Below are positions 9,361 through 19,204 of a stretch of DNA of 64,000 nt, in pieces. Each line of letters begins with the position of its first letter. Position 1 is the first letter of the stretch. A program made the position numbers and the translations under genes. This DNA comes from Candidatus Latescibacterota bacterium (GTDB lineage: Bacteria; Latescibacterota; UBA2968; UBA8231), in NCBI GenBank assembly GCA_965217585.1, contig OZ244561.1, forward strand, positions 4,992,001 through 5,056,000. Direction: 5' to 3'. The notes beneath the pieces are model-generated. The model saw only the letters and a program-made list of their open reading frames with translations. It was not told the DNA's origin and ran no database searches.

Positions 9361-10284
9361 TCACCCATGCTGCCAAGGCCCACCCTCCGACCAGCTTCCG
9401 GAGAACTCGGATTCGTGCGCCATCGCATCCCATGGCTCTCTGAGAAACGACAAGAGACGCTCGCCCACGGCTGCGAAATCCGATGATGTCCCCGGCAGCT
9501 CGTTCCGTTCCAGATAGATACGCCACTGCCCGGCACGGACGGCATCGTCATAGAACTGAGGCGTCAAAGCGACTGGCAGATTCCGGGGGATTGTGGTACT
9601 GCGTCTTTTGAAAGTTGCGCCGATGGTACGCATGAGGGGCTCGCCATCGAAACCGGTGTGCTGTGCAAGCGAGTGAAGATCGTAAAAGTCCTTGTAGCGG
9701 CTGTTCTGTTCACCGAGTACAACCATCGCGTGGAGCTTCTCGGCCACGACAGCTTCGCGCGGATAAACGCGGATTTGCGGACGAGGAGCATCGAGCAGGG
9801 TTGGGTAATGGGCGTCGAGCGGCGGCGGTTGGATGGCATTCCCAAAGCCGATATCGATCCGCATCCGTATTCGCGCACTGGAAATCTTGGCCCAGAAGAG
9901 CGCACGAAAGCCGACGTCCTCTTCGTGTGCTCGGATGGGTTTGACCTTAATGTCTCCACTATCAAACAAGACTCCATCGTCATCGACTTTAGTCTCGCAA
10001 ATGTCGCCGATGGCGGAGCGTACGTCGTCCGCTAGGGGACTTCCGTAGCCGGCAAAGTCAAGATCGTGCGTCGGGCGGTAAACTGCTTCGCCCCAAAGAA
10101 CGAGTAGTGTCGCGCCCTTCACTACATAATGCTCTCGATGCTGCGATTCTCCAAGGCGGTAGAGGAATCGCTCTCTTGCGTATCGCTCCAACAAAAACTG
10201 GAAGTCCTCGCTGGTCTCACGACTCCGATTCATCAACCTTGCGCGAACCGATGCGCCTACGTTTCGACGTTTCCCGTGCGTCAT
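9361..10284 (-). CDS. abiEii: AbiEii/AbiGii nucleotidyltransferase toxin (type IV TA)
   Basis: VKGATLL, RPTHDLDF, AEKLHAM, NSRYKDFYD. Confidence 0.9.
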   Translation of the reverse strand: MTHGKRRNVGASVRARLMNRSRETSEDFQFLLERYARERFLYRLGESQHREHYVVKGATLLVLWGEAVYRPTHDLDFAGYGSPLADDVRSAIGDICETKVDDDGVLFDSGDIKVKPIRAHEEDVGFRALFWAKISSARIRMRIDIGFGNAIQPPPLDAHYPTLLDAPRPQIRVYPREAVVAEKLHAMVVLGEQNSRYKDFYDLHSLAQHTGFDGEPLMRTIGATFKRRSTTIPRNLPVALTPQFYDDAVRAGQWRIYLERNELPGTSSDFAAVGERLLSFLREPWDAMAHESEFSGSWSEGGPWQHG

Positions 10285-10886
10285 AGCGGCAGTGCCTCCA
10301 AGTAGGCCCGCATAACCGTCCGCATACGGCAGGCTTCGGCGGCGCGCATGATCGCATCCACCGTCGTAATCCGCGATTGCAAGCCGTCGTGCAGCGCCTC
10401 AAGCGCGATGTCGAGACCGAACTTATTGCGATAGCGAAAACAATCCACCACGGTTCGGGCCGGCGAAGTGATGCGAAACGGCACCCCCAGCGCCGAATGG
10501 CAGACCACGCCATAGGTGAGCATCGCGCCTGAGAAACGAACGATGCGCACGCGGGAAGGAGGGTGCGCAGGCTTGCGAGCCTTGCGGTCGAGGGCGATCC
10601 AAATCTCGTGCGGCGACTGCGTGCCGATGTCATGGAAGCGAAGCGCCGTCAGCAGGCACATGACGGCGTTCGGGATGGCCGCGGCTACCATCGCGATCGT
10701 CTCGACCTCCGTGGGTTCGACCTCGGAGAGCCGATAGAGGCCGTTTCCGAAGTTCTCGACGAGTCCCCCGGCGACCAAACCCTGAAGCCTGCGGTGGGAG
10801 ATCCCAAGTGGCTCAAGGTCTCGCGGTCGGAAAAAGGTGCCGAGGCCCGCTGCTTGCAGTTGAGCTGTATCCAGTGTGTTAGCCAT
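10281..10886 (-). CDS. abiEi: AbiEi antitoxin / transcriptional regulator (type IV TA)
   Basis: N-terminal wHTH (GLYRL), CLLTALRFH, SPARTVVDCFRYRNK; ATGA overlap with abiEii. Confidence 0.9.
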   Translation of the reverse strand: MANTLDTAQLQAAGLGTFFRPRDLEPLGISHRRLQGLVAGGLVENFGNGLYRLSEVEPTEVETIAMVAAAIPNAVMCLLTALRFHDIGTQSPHEIWIALDRKARKPAHPPSRVRIVRFSGAMLTYGVVCHSALGVPFRITSPARTVVDCFRYRNKFGLDIALEALHDGLQSRITTVDAIMRAAEACRMRTVMRAYLEALPL

Positions 10887-10900
10887 TTACAGATGATACA

Positions 10901-10934
10901 AAATGTCGGCACTTAATCGCAAGTGCCGACATTT
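10901..10934. promoter_or_regulatory. Perfect 14-bp inverted repeat AAATGTCGGCACTT-N6-AAGTGCCGACATTT, probable AbiEi operator
   Basis: Fills the hsdM-abiEi gap; AbiEi proteins are known to autoregulate through promoter inverted repeats. Confidence 0.75.
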
Positions 10935-10938
10935 AATG

Positions 10939-13092
10939 TCATCTCGCAGGTTCTGCCGACATGCCTTTCAGCATCTCCAGAATGTCCGTCTCGATAGCTT
11001 GGATATCGGATTCGATCTCTGCGAGCGGGCGCGGCGGCTTGTATTGGTAGAAGTAGCGATTGAAGTTGATCTCGTAGCCGACTAGGCCGACCTTCCCGTC
11101 CCTGTGATCGCGCTTCGATATGTCGATCCAAGCATCGGGAACATGAGGCTTGACCTCCCGTTCAAAGAAGGCGCGGACGCTGGCCGGCACCCCATCGCCG
11201 TCCACGGGATCCTCTCCTTCGGCAAGCGGCACGCGCTCAGTGTCGCGCAGGTCCGGGTCGGGTTCGTCTGTGCCGTCCTTGCCGCGACAGATCTCGGCCG
11301 TCTCATCGCGCTCAGCCAGAGCGTCGAGAATTGCTTTCTTCGCCGGTGCCGGCAGTTTGAGTTCAGCCTTCCGGGTCGCTTTCGCAAGCTCCTTGAGGAA
11401 CGCTTCCCGATCCTTGTAAAGGGTGTCGGGCATCGTCTTGAGCATGGTCCGAATAGCTTGCTGCAGAGCTCGACCCTCGGCCTCTTCCTTGGCACCAGCC
11501 TCTCCCCGCTTCTTCGATTTGGCCAGATTCTGAAAGCCCTTTTGTTCGCTGAGGTGCTCGATCCGTTCCGCGCTCGCTTGGAAATTGAGCCGCAGCGGCC
11601 GTTCAACGGTGATCTTGCGATACCCAAACTGCGTCGTCGAGAAGACGCGGCTGACGATGCGCTCCTCCTCGCCGTCATCTGAGAGCGTGCGCGTCTCGCC
11701 GTCTTGGCAATTGGCGAGGAGCTCCAGCACATCGGCTGCCTTTTCCGGCGGTATCGAGCGTCGCTTGTCGCCGAGACTCCGGCGCATCGGTACCCAAAAC
11801 GCAGAGGCGTCGATGAGCTGCACCTTGCCCTTGCGCGCCGGTTCCTTGCGGTTGGTCAGCAGCCACACATAGGTGGCGATGCCGGTGTTGTAAAAGAGTT
11901 GCTCGGGCAACGCGATCAGCGCCTCCAGCAAGTCTTTCTCCAAGATGTAGCGGCGAATTTCGCTCTCGCCGCTGCCCGCATCGCCGGTAAACAGCGGTGA
12001 GCCGTTCATAATAATCGCAATGCGGGCGCCGCCTTGGTCAGGCGCTTTCGCATGGGCGAGCATGTGCAGCAGGAACAGGGTCTGGCCGTCGCTGATGCGC
12101 GGCAATCCAGGGCCGAAGCGACCGGCTGCACCCCGTTCATGTTCTGCTTCGACCGCGGCCTTGTCGCGCTTCCAGTCCTTGCCGTAGGGGGGATTGGCGA
12201 TTAGGTAATCGAAGGATTGGCTGGCATGGCGGTCGTTTGATAGCGTGCTTCCGAAAGCGACGTTGGCCGCGTCGCGCCCCAAGGGGTCTTTTATGAAGAT
12301 GTCGGATTTTGAGACCGCCCAGGTCTCCGGGTTCACTTCCTGGCCGAAAAGGTGAATCTCCGCTTGTGGGTTGATCGCGGGCCGGGGCGGATCGCCGTTT
12401 ACGTGTGTCCCACCCGCAATGTGCTCCTTGGCGATCATCAGCATACCACCGGAGCCGCAGCAAGGGTCGTACACACTGCGCACGACGCCGGGGTCTGCGA
12501 TGCGCTCTTCATCACCGGCGAGCATGAGATCCACCATCAGATGGACGACGTCGCGGGGTGTGAAGTGTTCGCCGGGGTTCTCGTCTAGGGCTTCGTTGAA
12601 CTTGCGGATTAACTCTTCAAAGATCGTCCCCATGGTCGGGTTATCGATCCGGGCCGGGTGTAGATCAACGATCCCGAACCGTTCTACAACTTGGAATAGT
12701 AGCCCCGCCTCGTCGAGCTTGCTGATCGTGTTGTCGAAATCGAATCGCTCCAGCACCTCGCGCATGTTGCTGCTGAAGCCGGCAATGTAGTTTCTGAGAT
12801 TTGCGGCAAGCTGCGGTGAATCCGCGAGCAGCTTGTCAAAGTCGTAGCGGGAGGTGTTGTAAAAGGCGAAACCCGAGACTCTGCGAAGCTGCGGGTCCAG
12901 ATCCTCTAATCCAAGCTGGTGTAGCTCTGCCTGCCGTTGCAGCACCTGCTCCTTGGTCGGAGCGAGCACGCAGTCGAGACGGCGCAGCACGGTTAGCGGC
13001 AGAATGACATCTTGGTACTTACCGCGCTTGAAGCTGTCGCGGATCAGATCCGCAATGCCCCACAAGAAACTGACGATCTCACTATGATTCAT
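10939..13092 (-). CDS. hsdM: Type I R-M methyltransferase subunit M
   Basis: GEHFTPRDVV, YDPCCGSGGML, ANPPYG, VGYEINFNRYFY; start ATG 13092 after GGGGAG. Confidence 0.95.
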   Translation of the reverse strand: MNHSEIVSFLWGIADLIRDSFKRGKYQDVILPLTVLRRLDCVLAPTKEQVLQRQAELHQLGLEDLDPQLRRVSGFAFYNTSRYDFDKLLADSPQLAANLRNYIAGFSSNMREVLERFDFDNTISKLDEAGLLFQVVERFGIVDLHPARIDNPTMGTIFEELIRKFNEALDENPGEHFTPRDVVHLMVDLMLAGDEERIADPGVVRSVYDPCCGSGGMLMIAKEHIAGGTHVNGDPPRPAINPQAEIHLFGQEVNPETWAVSKSDIFIKDPLGRDAANVAFGSTLSNDRHASQSFDYLIANPPYGKDWKRDKAAVEAEHERGAAGRFGPGLPRISDGQTLFLLHMLAHAKAPDQGGARIAIIMNGSPLFTGDAGSGESEIRRYILEKDLLEALIALPEQLFYNTGIATYVWLLTNRKEPARKGKVQLIDASAFWVPMRRSLGDKRRSIPPEKAADVLELLANCQDGETRTLSDDGEEERIVSRVFSTTQFGYRKITVERPLRLNFQASAERIEHLSEQKGFQNLAKSKKRGEAGAKEEAEGRALQQAIRTMLKTMPDTLYKDREAFLKELAKATRKAELKLPAPAKKAILDALAERDETAEICRGKDGTDEPDPDLRDTERVPLAEGEDPVDGDGVPASVRAFFEREVKPHVPDAWIDISKRDHRDGKVGLVGYEINFNRYFYQYKPPRPLAEIESDIQAIETDILEMLKGMSAEPAR

Positions 13093-13269
13093 TGGCTCCC
13101 CTAGGCGAAGATGCTCTTGCACTTCGCTTTACATGTTAAAATTATCGACATTCAGCGGCTAGTTGGTCGCCGCTGTTTCCCTTTTTAATGAACAGTTGAG
13201 AATCAATAAGACGCATCGCGTTTGTGCAACGCGATATGCTGCGGGGACTTCCCCTAGCTATCTGCACGC

Positions 13270-14283
13270 TCAAACGCCACCAGCGTCGGTGAGCAGGCCG
13301 ATGACAGCCGCGAGCCGATCCTTGTCTTTGACCTTTGAACGCAACGCAGTTGCCAGCGGAGTCTTGCCCTTGTCGTCTTTGGCGTTCACCTCGGCCCCTC
13401 GGTCGAGCAGCAAGGCGACGATTTGGTCAAATCCCGCTTTGGCGGCGCAGTGCAATGCCGTTTGGCCCTTGTGGTTCCTGACATTGACGTCAGCGCCGCA
13501 GTCGAGCAGCTCGCGCACGCGCTGGACATTGCCGCCGCGGTCGCCGCGCGACTGGAAGACAAGGGGCGGCCAGCCGCCCTCGGCGTGGTCCACATCTAAT
13601 GCGACGCCGTGAGCGGTTAGCAATGCGATGATCTCGGTATTGACGATGCCGGCACGAGGGACCTCGGCGTGGGTCGGATCGGCCCCGGCGTCGAGCAAAG
13701 CTCTGAGGATATCGGCGCGATCCCGCCACACGGCAAAGCGAATCAGCCCGCCACTGTATGGCCGCGGATCGGCACCCCGCGCCAACAGCATCGCGACGAT
13801 GGCGAGGTGCCCGGCGCTGACGGCGTAGTGCAAGACTGTCATGCTCCGGCAGGAATCGTGCTGCGCTTTCTCGGCCGTTGCAAGCTTTGGGTCTCGGTCG
13901 AGGTAGTCGGCGACCGCATCGCCATCGCCGAGAAAGGCGGCGGTGTAGATATCGGTTGTTGCACCGCGTGTTAGCAGCCGGTCGGCGACTGCGTAGTGGC
14001 GCTTGTAACGGGCGGCGCAGTAGGGAGAGATTTCGACCAGCAGCGGCGTGAAGTGACAGCCGCAGGCGTGGATGTCAGCGCCTTGATCGAGCAGGTAATC
14101 GACCGTGGCGAGCCGTCCCCGGTACGCAGCTTCCCACAGCATGGTGCGGCCGTGCGAACCGATGCGGCCGATCCACGCTGGTTTTTGCGCCAATACGGCC
14201 TGAACGGTTTGGAGGTCGCCGCGCCCGGCGGCAGCTACCGCGACCTTGAGAAAATCACTGGCTTTTCCCGGTAAAATCGACAT
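13270..14283 (-). CDS. Ankyrin repeat protein
   Basis: Several ankyrin repeats: GQTALHCAA, GADVN, GKTPLATA, TVLHYAV. Confidence 0.9.
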   Translation of the reverse strand: MSILPGKASDFLKVAVAAAGRGDLQTVQAVLAQKPAWIGRIGSHGRTMLWEAAYRGRLATVDYLLDQGADIHACGCHFTPLLVEISPYCAARYKRHYAVADRLLTRGATTDIYTAAFLGDGDAVADYLDRDPKLATAEKAQHDSCRSMTVLHYAVSAGHLAIVAMLLARGADPRPYSGGLIRFAVWRDRADILRALLDAGADPTHAEVPRAGIVNTEIIALLTAHGVALDVDHAEGGWPPLVFQSRGDRGGNVQRVRELLDCGADVNVRNHKGQTALHCAAKAGFDQIVALLLDRGAEVNAKDDKGKTPLATALRSKVKDKDRLAAVIGLLTDAGGV

Positions 14284-14295
14284 AGTTGCCTGACC

Positions 14296-15669
14296 TTACG
14301 GACTATAATAGTTCCAAGTCATTTTACTGCGGCGGTAGTGGTCTTGCGACCACAGGCGCGGACGATCGGAACCCAGATTCTCGGACTCGTTGAAGTAGAT
14401 GTGGAGTTGGTTGCCTTGTAAGACGATCAGCTCTTCGCGCCAATCTCCAGCCACATCGGCGACATAGAACCGGTCGGCCTTTTCCTCGAAGCGGTGGAGA
14501 AAGCGTCCACTAATAGGATCGAAGATGCCGATATCCCCGGAGGTATGGCGCTCTTTGGCTGCGGCAAGCTGTTTGCGGTCGCCCGTCCAATCGATCTTGT
14601 GGATGACCTCGACCCCTCTTATGGTCCAGCCCTCGGGTGCTACATCGTCCATTTTGTAATCCGCGATTTTCTCTCCCTGTGCGTCAAAGACGAAAGGCTT
14701 CTGATGCTCGTTATAGCGGCTCCGACACCATATCTCTAGGCCCGGTCGCTCAAGGTCGAACTCGCCGACTGCCGCATTCTGGGGTTCTTGATGGCGGAAG
14801 TGCGTTTCCCAGAAGAGTTGTTCGTGGTTGTAGAGGAAAATGCGATTGCCGCCTCCTTCTTCTAAGGCGACGATTTCTAAGCCTGGGACGTTGGGTAGCA
14901 CGTCGTAGATGAAGATCGAGTCGATGTGACCTTTTAGGGGAATCCGCAGTAGGATTTTGCCATCGGCAGAGACGACAGTAGCGCCGATCACTTCGTCTTG
15001 CCCATCTCTATTCAGATCCGCCAGCCGCGCGCCGTTGTGGGCGCAGGAGACGAAATCGTCGCGTTCCCACAGGGGAGCAAAATGTCCGCGACGGAGATCG
15101 TCTATCGCATAGGCCGCTAGAAAGCGCCCCATGCGGTATCCCTCGGCATTGGTGGCTTGGAGGAGTATGTCTCGATCGCCCGCGCCACGGAAATTGGCGA
15201 CTACCAAATGCTCCCAGCGTTGGGTGCCTTTGGGAATGGGTGGCTTTGCGCTCCACTGCTCGCGCCCTGTAGTGCCATCGACCACGTGGAGCGTGCCATC
15301 TTGGGTGAGGAACAGCACTTCGACCTGTTTATCGCCATCGATGTCTGCAGCCTGAACACCTGGCCCGTGACGGCCGGGTAGGCCGATGCGCTCTGAGGAG
15401 CCGCCTATCCAGAGGTCGGTTTCAAGTACCCAGAGTTTGCGGCCATCGTGGGCATGAGCTGTGAGATGATTGGGAACGGTGACCAAGTAATCCATGCGTC
15501 CGTCGCCATTCAGATCGGCGACAATGAGGCCGCCGGCAGAATCCGTAGGGCCGGGAATTTCCAATTGGATGACGAATGGATTTACGGGGTATTCAGGCCA
15601 GGGCGACCGCATGTTCCCGATAGTAGAACAACTGGCTAGGATTAATAGCGTCAGAATTTGCAATGTCAT
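14296..15669 (-). CDS. Beta-propeller lipoprotein with FG-GAP-like Ca-binding repeats (rhamnogalacturonan lyase-like)
   Basis: Lipobox LASC; ADLNGDG, ADIDGD, ADLNRDG, ADVAGDWREELIV; start ATG 15669. Confidence 0.7.
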   Translation of the reverse strand: MTLQILTLLILASCSTIGNMRSPWPEYPVNPFVIQLEIPGPTDSAGGLIVADLNGDGRMDYLVTVPNHLTAHAHDGRKLWVLETDLWIGGSSERIGLPGRHGPGVQAADIDGDKQVEVLFLTQDGTLHVVDGTTGREQWSAKPPIPKGTQRWEHLVVANFRGAGDRDILLQATNAEGYRMGRFLAAYAIDDLRRGHFAPLWERDDFVSCAHNGARLADLNRDGQDEVIGATVVSADGKILLRIPLKGHIDSIFIYDVLPNVPGLEIVALEEGGGNRIFLYNHEQLFWETHFRHQEPQNAAVGEFDLERPGLEIWCRSRYNEHQKPFVFDAQGEKIADYKMDDVAPEGWTIRGVEVIHKIDWTGDRKQLAAAKERHTSGDIGIFDPISGRFLHRFEEKADRFYVADVAGDWREELIVLQGNQLHIYFNESENLGSDRPRLWSQDHYRRSKMTWNYYSP

Positions 15670-15676
15670 GGAATAT

Positions 15677-16609
15677 TCAGACTCCGTTCGAGTGGGCGCA
15701 GGCCAAGGCGACAATCGCAGCGGGCGCTCGCCAAAACTCGGACCAATTCTCAGCTCTATCCGCACTGCGATAGAGCTGATCCTCGACCGCGACCCAAGCA
15801 ATTCCCTCGGCGTCAAAGGCGATGTGGAAGGTGTCGATATTGCCCTTGGCCTCGGGGAAGCCGGCAAGCGCCCGGGTCCAAGTGAGACCCGCGTCGTGCG
15901 AAAAGTAGAGCTTGCCCTGCACATCCCTGCCATGACCCGGTCCTTTGCTGACGCTGGCTAGCAGGCAGTCGGGATCGCGCGGGTGGACGGCCAAGGCGCG
16001 GCCATAGCGGTGTTCCAAGCCCTCGTTCCGATGCTCCCAAGAGTGGCCGTAGTCGTCGCTGGCAAAAACCGCGTCCGCAGTGTTGGCATACAAGCGTCCC
16101 TCCATAGGGGCGGTGGCTACCTGATGCACATCGGCGTGCAAGTCTGGGGTCACCGGCTCCCAGGTAGCGCCGCGGTCGGGCGAGCGCATGATGCTGCCGA
16201 CGTGGATATCGGCAAAAACCCAGTCGCCACTGTGTGCCAAACTGCGCACGGCCGGTGGACCGCCCCAAGGCGTGTACCAGCTCTGGCGGCATTCCAAAGC
16301 GTCGAAGGATTCTACCCGGCTCGCCGGCCCGCCGTCGCCGTTGAGACAGTACACGTGGGGCGGCTCGGTGCCCAGCAGCACTTGCAGCGGCTCTTCGGAC
16401 AGCAGGGCGATGCACTCGACCGAATCGCCGATGCCGGTGGCCTGCGGTTGGGCTTGGCCGTCGGCCAAGAAGACCACTTGACCATCGGCCAAACCAATGG
16501 CGGAACAACGGACGCCCTCGTCTAGGCAGCGGATGCCGTCGGTGGCCAAGCATTGCGTGGGAGTTTCTCCCTCCGAGATGAAAACTTGGTTACTAGTGGC
16601 TATGAGCAT
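15677..16609 (-). CDS. BNR/Asp-box beta-propeller protein
   Basis: Asp boxes SPDRGATW, SDDYGHSW, SHDAGLTW; AGGAGG RBS before ATG 16609. Confidence 0.8.
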   Translation of the reverse strand: MLIATSNQVFISEGETPTQCLATDGIRCLDEGVRCSAIGLADGQVVFLADGQAQPQATGIGDSVECIALLSEEPLQVLLGTEPPHVYCLNGDGGPASRVESFDALECRQSWYTPWGGPPAVRSLAHSGDWVFADIHVGSIMRSPDRGATWEPVTPDLHADVHQVATAPMEGRLYANTADAVFASDDYGHSWEHRNEGLEHRYGRALAVHPRDPDCLLASVSKGPGHGRDVQGKLYFSHDAGLTWTRALAGFPEAKGNIDTFHIAFDAEGIAWVAVEDQLYRSADRAENWSEFWRAPAAIVALACAHSNGV

Positions 16610-16683
16610 GATCGTCCTCCTGAGGTTGGTTTTATAAAAGTCAAATTTTGCACAAATGCGGGCCGATGATTTGACGCACTTTC

Positions 16684-17973
16684 TCAGCGCTTGAAGTCGT
16701 ACTCCATCAGTTCTTCCGTGCCCTGCCATACGATACCATTGTGCCCCAGCCGACGTGCTTCGCTGACGATGCGGTCGATTGCTTCTGGTGGCCAACCCTC
16801 TCCGTGGATAATTGGATAGGATGGCGTGTCCGCTGGTAGGTACAGTTTTGCCTTCACCAGATCCCGCAAAACCAAGTCGGCCGTGGGGATCCGATAGGCC
16901 AGCGTCGCCGGTTCATCAGCGCCGTATGCGGCAATGGTCTCCGGCAACCCCATGCCGTCGTACCCCGTAAAGCGATAGACGAGCTGCAGGGCATCCTCTT
17001 CCTGCAGGTTGGGAATTTCCTGCTGCAGAAAGCGGGCCCACTCGATGAACGTGTTGCAGACAAAGGCGGAAATGTGGGACACCAGCGGGCTGGCAAAATC
17101 GGCCATCTCATCCCAGCGCCGGTAATTGTGGCCCGCCGTCAGTGCCATAGAGGCGGGGTAGGTGTCGGTGCCAAAGGCCGTGCTAGGGGCCGCTGCGTGC
17201 ACCGCCGCCCGAAAGCGCGCCAGATTGCGAGTGAGCAGGTCACAGCGGAAGCGGACCCAATCGAGTCCCCCCGACCGCAGACCGAGCGCGTGGACCACAT
17301 CGAAGAAACCAACCCCGAGACGGACTACCTCGCCGAGGCGGGCACCGTCGAGCCGGCGCAGTCCCTCCCGGGTACGCTGCAAGTCCTCCACCATCGCTCC
17401 CATGTCGTAACCGAGCTCTTGGGCGGCGGCCGTGCAAGAAGAACAGGTGCAGCCAAAAAGCCCTAGGGGAAAACTGCCCATCGGATAGCGGAAGTGGGTG
17501 ATGTCGAGCGCGTCGAGATCGTACTGGGTCGCCCAGTACACGCACACGGCCTCGATCCAGTCTTGCACATCCGCCCGCGATGGACAGAACATAAGACGGC
17601 GGATCGTCCAAGCTCCTCCGCACGTCCACACATTCAGGCCTGCTTCCTTTAGCTGTCCCACAGCCTGTCTGAAGGCTTTGTCGTCGCCTTGGGCCGCAAC
17701 GCCGGGACCGCACAGGGCCTGAGCCCGCTGGTATTCCCGCGGGTCTATGGGCCGACCATCGAAATGCCGTATAACGAGCTTGGTCAGTTCCGCTGCTGTC
17801 GGCGTGCGTCCCCCATAGGGACTGAGGGCGAGCACCTCCTCCGATAGCTGGCCCGTAAAGGAGAGAACCACCGTATTCAGACCGATCTCATCGCGCAGCC
17901 GCTCGACATAATCGGGGTATTTGAGCACCACATCCGTGGTCAGATAAATTCCCGTGAGCCAATTATTGGTCAT
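16684..17973 (-). CDS. Hypothetical protein, possible glycoside hydrolase-like TIM barrel
   Basis: Long ORF with genome-like codon use; FCPS, YDLDALDITHFRYP and GCTCSSC resemble GH-like TIM barrels. Confidence 0.55.
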   Translation of the reverse strand: MTNNWLTGIYLTTDVVLKYPDYVERLRDEIGLNTVVLSFTGQLSEEVLALSPYGGRTPTAAELTKLVIRHFDGRPIDPREYQRAQALCGPGVAAQGDDKAFRQAVGQLKEAGLNVWTCGGAWTIRRLMFCPSRADVQDWIEAVCVYWATQYDLDALDITHFRYPMGSFPLGLFGCTCSSCTAAAQELGYDMGAMVEDLQRTREGLRRLDGARLGEVVRLGVGFFDVVHALGLRSGGLDWVRFRCDLLTRNLARFRAAVHAAAPSTAFGTDTYPASMALTAGHNYRRWDEMADFASPLVSHISAFVCNTFIEWARFLQQEIPNLQEEDALQLVYRFTGYDGMGLPETIAAYGADEPATLAYRIPTADLVLRDLVKAKLYLPADTPSYPIIHGEGWPPEAIDRIVSEARRLGHNGIVWQGTEELMEYDFKR

Positions 17974-18016
17974 TTTTTTCCTTTCGGGAGTCGTAGCGAA
18001 TCTACATTAGTCGTCG

Positions 18017-18973
18017 TCAACTCCGCCAGCCGCCGGCCTCGTAGAATTCGCGCGACTGATCGACGGTTCTCTCCGTCTCCTGCAGAAAGGAGAGTAGGCC
18101 CCTGAGGAGGCCGACTAGATCGGGCCGCGCTCCAGCACCGGTGGCGACGCCTTCCGGCACGTAGGGATTGCCCGGCGCACTCTGCAAGATCGCCTGCGTG
18201 GTCTTGGGCATGTACGTGCATAGGTACCCGTCGTAGCCGATCCCTTTCAGAATTCTGAATATTTCTTGGTAGTCCGCGTGGCCGGTCCCGTGTTGGCAGT
18301 GGTTGGTCTCGTTGAGGTGGAAGTGTTTGATCCGCGATCCGGCGTAGCGCAACGCATCCGGGATCGAGCCTTCCTCGATGTTCATGTGATACACGTCCGG
18401 CTGCACGCCGAGATTGTCGAGCCCGAGTTCATCGACGTAGTTGACTGCTTCGTAGATCGTCGTCAGCACGCCGGGGAGACCCTCGTACGTGTTCAGCGGC
18501 TCCAGCAGGATGGTGATGCTGCGGCTTGCAGCATGTTCGCAGATCTCCCGGATCGACTGCCGGAAGTTGTTGCGCAGGGTCTCTACCGGCTCCAGCGGAA
18601 ACGGCAACTGGGGAACCGCTGGCTGGGCCGCGCACAGCTCCGTGAAGCTGGCCTCGGCGTCGGCCGCCAAATTGACGGTGTCCTTGGCGTACTGCACGGC
18701 GCGCGCCCTTTTCTCCGGGTCCGAACTGGCGAGGTTGCGCTCCTCACCGGCGTGGTAGTATCCCCAGGCCGCGAGGACTTCCGGGACGACGAGGCCGGCG
18801 TCTTCTACTCTCTTGCGCCATTCACGACCATCCATCTTCTCCGGATTACCGGGCAGATCGATGCCAGTGTATCCGGCCTCTGCGGCGGCTTGCAGCACTA
18901 CATCGGGTTCTTCGAGAATGTTGTATCCGACCCACGGAAGCGTGTCGCACTGCAAGCTGTATTTGAAAGCCAT
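18017..18973 (-). CDS. Sugar phosphate isomerase/epimerase (xylose isomerase-like TIM barrel)
   Basis: LLEPLNTYE, DVYHMNIEE, HFHLNETN, GYDGY. Confidence 0.9.
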   Translation of the reverse strand: MAFKYSLQCDTLPWVGYNILEEPDVVLQAAAEAGYTGIDLPGNPEKMDGREWRKRVEDAGLVVPEVLAAWGYYHAGEERNLASSDPEKRARAVQYAKDTVNLAADAEASFTELCAAQPAVPQLPFPLEPVETLRNNFRQSIREICEHAASRSITILLEPLNTYEGLPGVLTTIYEAVNYVDELGLDNLGVQPDVYHMNIEEGSIPDALRYAGSRIKHFHLNETNHCQHGTGHADYQEIFRILKGIGYDGYLCTYMPKTTQAILQSAPGNPYVPEGVATGAGARPDLVGLLRGLLSFLQETERTVDQSREFYEAGGWRS

Positions 18974-19204
18974 GATGTTAGTCTTTCTGCTTTGGAATGG
19001 TGGTTAGTTAAGCTTCCGCTCGTCGTCAGTTTTTGCGGGGAATGGATCGACCGCTAGGCCGCACTGCGCTCTGGGCTGTTTAAGATAGAGTAAGCACCAG
19101 AGCGGCAGGCAACCAGCAGTCGGGTTAATCATTGGACGACTACTTTGCACCTCGCCGAGACGATGCGGAGTGTTCTATAATGAAATGCGTCCTTGGTACT
19201 CCGG

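Noticed and set aside
19145-19182. Plus-strand TATAAT pointing antisense into the pbpC 3' end
   Set aside because: No properly spaced -35 or extended -10 element
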